A DNA stretch of 64,000 nucleotides, from IMG/VR virus record IMGVR_UViG_3300036715_002570, positions 1 through 64,000 of that record; one strand, given 5' to 3'. The notes beneath the pieces were generated by a model. The model was not told the origin of the DNA. It saw only the letters and a list, made by a program, of their open reading frames with translations, and ran no database searches. Shown here piece after piece: positions 59,595-64,000 of the stretch. The stretch is from a virus. Every line of letters starts with the position of its first letter. The first letter of the stretch is position 1. The translations under genes and the position numbers were made by a program.

Positions 59595-59667
59595 GGTGAG
59601 CGTAGCGGGTGACACCTCCTCTCCTACAAAGAGGTATTGCAGGGTTCGAACCCAGCCGTGGCCACCA
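59595..59667 (+). tRNA. tRNA-Val(TAC), degenerate
   Basis: CCTCT-CCTACAA-AGAGG, CCA. Confidence 0.55.
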
Positions 59668-59852
59668 TCTAAAGGAACAAACGTGCGCAATATTGTCCAG
59701 TATCCATTACAGTACGATGAGGTCGTCACGAGCGCTTGAGCGCACAGCTCAAGCGCTCGCTGAAAAAGAAGCCGGTACTTGCGGGAGCATTGACGCACAC
59801 GTGTTGAATTGGCTGCACCGGTTTGTGTTGAGCAACAAGACCAGGATGATCG

Positions 59853-60734
59853 ATGAACTCGCAAACGCTGACCAATACGGCCGCAACCGTCCTTGCCAGG
59901 CCTGATCGCCTGGCGTACCACGCAACGTCGTACGACGAAGTATACCAATACTTCCTGATGCGCAACCTTCAACTTGCTCCTCACGGCTTTCGTTGGTCGT
60001 TTGAGTTGACGCCACAAGAAGGTGGCTACACAACACATCTAACCAGCCAAGATGGTACCACGTATGATTCGTTTTATGTAACGAATCAAGGTAAGGGTGT
60101 TGGCAGGCGACTACTCAAGCAGTGCCACAACAAAATCATCACAATCGGCGATTGCCAAATCGTTGAGTGGCTCCGTCATCATGACGCGAACTTTGAAGTG
60201 ATTCATGGTGTCTTTGACACCGTAGAATACCAGATGATTCAGCGGACGTATGGCAACGAGCGCGCTAAACGTAGCGGTGTGTTTAAGATGAACCACATCG
60301 ACGAAGGAATCTACATTCTGTCCAAGCTCGGCGCATCGTCAATCGCACAGAAAGCGTTCTGCTTGCATCCCCTGCTGCAGCTGGATCCTGACCTCGAAAA
60401 GAACTTCGACGTCATCGTCGCACAGTGTGACAAGCGTGCTGTTGCGCTGGCGATGGAGTACCGGAATATCGCCAACGCATACCTTAGCCGTCGGGAGATC
60501 GATACGCTGGAAGAAGTTGCCCTCAGTCCTCTGGAAGGCGTCAACCGCATGTTGGTTGCTGACAAGATCCAAAACTATAAGGACTTTATGGCACATCACT
60601 ACGAAACGCACCCGCGTCGTCGTGAACTGAACGAGTACTTCCACAATTGGTTCGAGCGTTTGGGTGAAGATCGAATGGGCAATCTGCATTGGGTTGACTG
60701 GATCGCAAGCCTCGAATCCCTCCACACCAAGTGA
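59853..60734 (+). CDS. hypothetical protein
   Basis: 293-aa ORF; GKGVG motif may indicate a GNAT-like segment. Confidence 0.55.
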   Translation: MNSQTLTNTAATVLARPDRLAYHATSYDEVYQYFLMRNLQLAPHGFRWSFELTPQEGGYTTHLTSQDGTTYDSFYVTNQGKGVGRRLLKQCHNKIITIGDCQIVEWLRHHDANFEVIHGVFDTVEYQMIQRTYGNERAKRSGVFKMNHIDEGIYILSKLGASSIAQKAFCLHPLLQLDPDLEKNFDVIVAQCDKRAVALAMEYRNIANAYLSRREIDTLEEVALSPLEGVNRMLVADKIQNYKDFMAHHYETHPRRRELNEYFHNWFERLGEDRMGNLHWVDWIASLESLHTK

Positions 60735-61057
60735 GCAACTATGAAAATGATCCTCCCACCACCGCACGCGTCAAATACAACGTTCCCTCTACTGACGATC
60801 AACGTCGGCGAGGTGTGGCACGTTCGATTTCCTGAAGAGACGCGTATTCGACGTGTCTTGGTCGAATCGTTCACGGAGCGAGTGATCGAGCTGCGCGTGT
60901 ACAAGGACGGGCACGGTGACTCGAAGTTCAAGTTCCGTAGCTACATCGTCGATGACCTGCAGTGGATTCATCAGCTCGCTGAACCCGATCCTGAATCTGT
61001 TGACTGACACCTGCCGTTTTCAGGAAGATGGGCTGACTTAACAAGAAAGGTCAGTCC

Positions 61058-61615
61058 ATGAGCTCACTAGCAGATGTCGGAATCCCTGGGGTTGGCACGG
61101 GAATTCTTCAACCAAATTTAGCATACAAGTTCCGTGTACGGATCGTTGAGAATGACGTTCAGTACAACGAGCTGTCAATGCAAGTTGTATCAACATCAGA
61201 TTTTGGATATTGGTCATCCCAGTACGGTGGACACCGCCTAACCGTCGTATTCCAAGACGACGTAACTAACCAGGCCGCCCGCCGGCTAGTTGATCTGCAT
61301 GCACGAGGTGCAAAGATTGACGTGTTCGTAGACATTTTAGACGGCAACGACACCGTTACACGCACGCACGCTTTCAACGACGCAGTGATCGCCGGCGACC
61401 TCGTATTTTCACCGTTGGATTACGCTGGTGGCGGTTCTCCCGAACAGTTCGTGTTCAACAGCAACAATCGCGACGATAACCCTTTACGAACTATGCTAAG
61501 TGGCAGTAGGGTAGAGTTTTATAAGCGCGATCACAAGACGGGCGTAAATACGATCACCGCAACGTTTTTTGCACAGCAGTACCAGGTTTTGTTCCCCCAA
61601 CCGACTAAGGAATAG
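61058..61615 (+). CDS. tail-tube-like protein (gp19-like)
   Basis: GILQP...YKFRV, F.DD, ILDG, LDYA patterns. Confidence 0.5.
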   Translation: MSSLADVGIPGVGTGILQPNLAYKFRVRIVENDVQYNELSMQVVSTSDFGYWSSQYGGHRLTVVFQDDVTNQAARRLVDLHARGAKIDVFVDILDGNDTVTRTHAFNDAVIAGDLVFSPLDYAGGGSPEQFVFNSNNRDDNPLRTMLSGSRVEFYKRDHKTGVNTITATFFAQQYQVLFPQPTKE

Positions 61616-62922
61616 TCATGCAATAGGTTTTTGAAAAGGTCGTTATCGTGTTTCACTTTAACAAGGCTCATCTAGCGGATCCGACGATCCCAATGTGGGT
61701 GTTGAAAGTGAAGGGTGAGTCACACTATGTGTCGCACGTTGAAGTGCAACCCGGGTGTGGGATTCTCCACGAAGGAAACTCCTGACAATCCACACACCGA
61801 AGGTGCGATCAAGATCAAGATCAGGGGGAATCTAAAATTGTTCACCAACGACCAAGGAGAACCTGAAGCATTGATCTACTGACATGCGCAAATATCGAAT
61901 CGTGTGCCGCGTATATGGCGATGGCTCCTGCACGTACACACCTCAGTATAAGGTGCGGTTTTGGCCGTTCTGGCTCCACTTCACAGACAATTACCCACAA
62001 TGTCCTGAGGTGTTTAACCAGCTGCACGAGGCACGGGAGTTTGTGATGCTTGAGATTAATCGAGAGCGTTCACACACGTTGGTATCAACCTACATTGAAA
62101 TGTGCGCCAAGGAATGATCAAGTACTTGTACCGCTATCGGTACGTGCTGTTTGATGCAGCGATAGTGGCAGCGGTAATTTGGACGATCTGGCAGTTTTCA
62201 CTACCGCCAATCACCGTTGTCTCTTTCCTGCTCGCATACCTTGGTATGCGGCACACTGTATCGAGGCAGCATGATCGCGAACAGCGCGAACTCGCTGTTC
62301 GCATTTTGCTTGAAAACGCGAAGTTCCACACAGAACAAAATTCAGGCAAGACCGCCGTCAAGGCGCTTCCCGTTTACCGAACGAATTGGTTTACAGGTAA
62401 GCAAACTGGTGAGATAATCGGCGCTCGCATTTTGTATTCCGATGGTCCATCGTCTGAATCGGATGTGTTCACGACACCAACGTTCCTCAGTTTCATGTTC
62501 ACCATCAATCCTGTCGTAACACGCAAGCAACACGTCAATCATGCTGACCACCAATTTCACACACACCACGCAGCGTCTACCAAACGGTGGCGTTCAGATC
62601 GTTCTGACACGGCTGGAGGACGGTAAGACGCATACGATCGTTGAGCGCCGCACGTCGTACTATGACGATACTGCTCTTGCACGGCTCGTCCAACAAATGG
62701 AGTCATTTACGGACGAGTGTTGCGAATGCTACTTCCCAAAACCTCGCAAGACGAAGGAAGAGAAGAAGGCTGAAAAGGTCGTTGTGGAGAGGGCTCCGTT
62801 GACGAAAGAACAGCTTGAAGAACGGGAGAAGCAAGCGAAGGCAAAGGCTGAAAAGGCCGAGCGCGCGGCTGCTCGTGAGTTGCGAAAAGCTGAAAAGCGA
62901 GAACAAAAGATGAGGGAACGAA

Positions 62923-63189
62923 ATGGCAACATGGTTACCGATGTCGACTGTGCCACTTGATGGCACAGAGGTTCTGCTGAAGACGAACATTGGTGTCGTC
63001 TCCGCGTGGTGGGCCACTCCTGTAATTACTCATGACTACTTCGACGGTGATGACATGGAAGGGTGTGAGTGGATATGCTATGACGATAAGTTCAGAATTC
63101 AAGTTGAGTGGTACAGTGATGCACCAAATGGTGAAGAATTCTGGCATAGCAGCGCTGGGATCACTGGCTGGATGCCAATTCCTCAATAA
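62923..63189 (+). CDS. DUF551-like protein
   Basis: W.P..T.P.DG..VL ... ITGWMPIP. Confidence 0.65.
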   Translation: MATWLPMSTVPLDGTEVLLKTNIGVVSAWWATPVITHDYFDGDDMEGCEWICYDDKFRIQVEWYSDAPNGEEFWHSSAGITGWMPIPQ

Positions 63190-63200
63190 ATAGGTTAATT

Positions 63201-63270
63201 GTCCCCGCCTATTGGATAGTAGTCGCTCTTCTAAAGCGACGGTGAAAGTTCGACTCTTTCCGGGGGCACA
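63201..63270 (+). tRNA. tRNA-Arg(TCT), reduced D arm
   Basis: TCGCT-CTTCTAA-AGCGA, T arm. Confidence 0.7.
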
Positions 63271-63389
63271 CACTCCCTCATCTTGGGAGCACAACCGTCG
63301 AGGACACGCAGACGTTAAAACAGTGGTGGGAGTCCAGTGGAAGCCTGGTACCGAATTGATAAATAGTCCACTAACCTAAGGGGCTATTG

Positions 63390-64000
63390 ATGAAATTCCT
63401 GAAGACTATTGTGGCAGCAGCTCTGTTTGCCATTTCTACAGCACAAGCGTGCACACCCATCACTCTAACAGCTGGCGCTAAAGGCAACAGCATTTGCTGG
63501 GGCTCTGAAACGTGGAATGAAGCTGCGAACAACGGTAAGTTGATGTCGCAGACGCTGAACTTCTACGCTGCAACAACGAATCCGTCAGCACCACTGATCA
63601 TCTACTTCCACCCAAATGGTGGTAGCAGCTATATTGACCAGAAGCAAAACCCAACACTGTACAGCCAGATTGTGCAACCTGCATTGGCTGCTGGTTACGC
63701 TATTGCTTCTGTAGAGTTCCGTCATCCGGTGGACAACGACAACGTACCAAACCGTGTTTCAGATCCACGCGTTCCTCACTGGGACGCCGCCCGAGCAATC
63801 CAGTTCTTGCGTGCTAACGCAACAGCCCTTGGCATTGACAAGCGCAATGTATTCGTGGTGGGTCATTCACGTGGCACACTATCGATGTGGACGGCTATGC
63901 AAGATGACATGGCGATCTCCAATAGCCCCGACGCTATTGCTCGTGAATCAACACGTGTTCGCGCAGTTTGGGCATATCAAGGTCAGACCTCATACAATCC
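63390..64000 (+). CDS. exported alpha/beta hydrolase (3' partial)
   Basis: Signal peptide MKFLKTIVAAALFA; GHSRG nucleophile elbow. Confidence 0.7.
   Translation, partial: MKFLKTIVAAALFAISTAQACTPITLTAGAKGNSICWGSETWNEAANNGKLMSQTLNFYAATTNPSAPLIIYFHPNGGSSYIDQKQNPTLYSQIVQPALAAGYAIASVEFRHPVDNDNVPNRVSDPRVPHWDAARAIQFLRANATALGIDKRNVFVVGHSRGTLSMWTAMQDDMAISNSPDAIARESTRVRAVWAYQGQTSYN

Overview
Segment of a large (jumbo-type) tailed phage genome, with a T4-like late-promoter motif (ATAAATA) ahead of many genes. It is dominated by translation support: about 55 tRNA genes plus several tRNA-like RNAs in three groups (8.6-16.5 kb, 28-35.5 kb, 54.9-63.3 kb), an RNase P RNA, CCA-adding enzyme, a frameshifted Rnl1-type RNA ligase, a YqeY protein, Y-RNA-like RNAs and many homing endonucleases. 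It also carries an NAD salvage module (NAMPT, NAD kinase, NADAR), an intein-containing tandem AAA+ ATPase with a vWA/HEXXH partner, and a tail-fibre-like structural block. Main finding: the first and last tRNA arrays each start with a leader-peptide attenuator (short ORF, mutually exclusive antiterminator/terminator, then an rrn-type boxA). Leader composition mirrors the downstream tRNAs. Leader 1 contains all 14 amino acids of array 1 (H,Q,L,R,S,W,G,M,E,C,D,Y,F,P) and no K/N/I. Leader 2 has a run of 16 consecutive T/V/I/K/N/A codons, exactly the six amino acids of array 2. This suggests phage tRNA operons induced on demand by ribosome stalling when tRNAs are depleted. All calls were made by eye: tRNA ends may be off by a few nt, and several frameshifts may be assembly errors.
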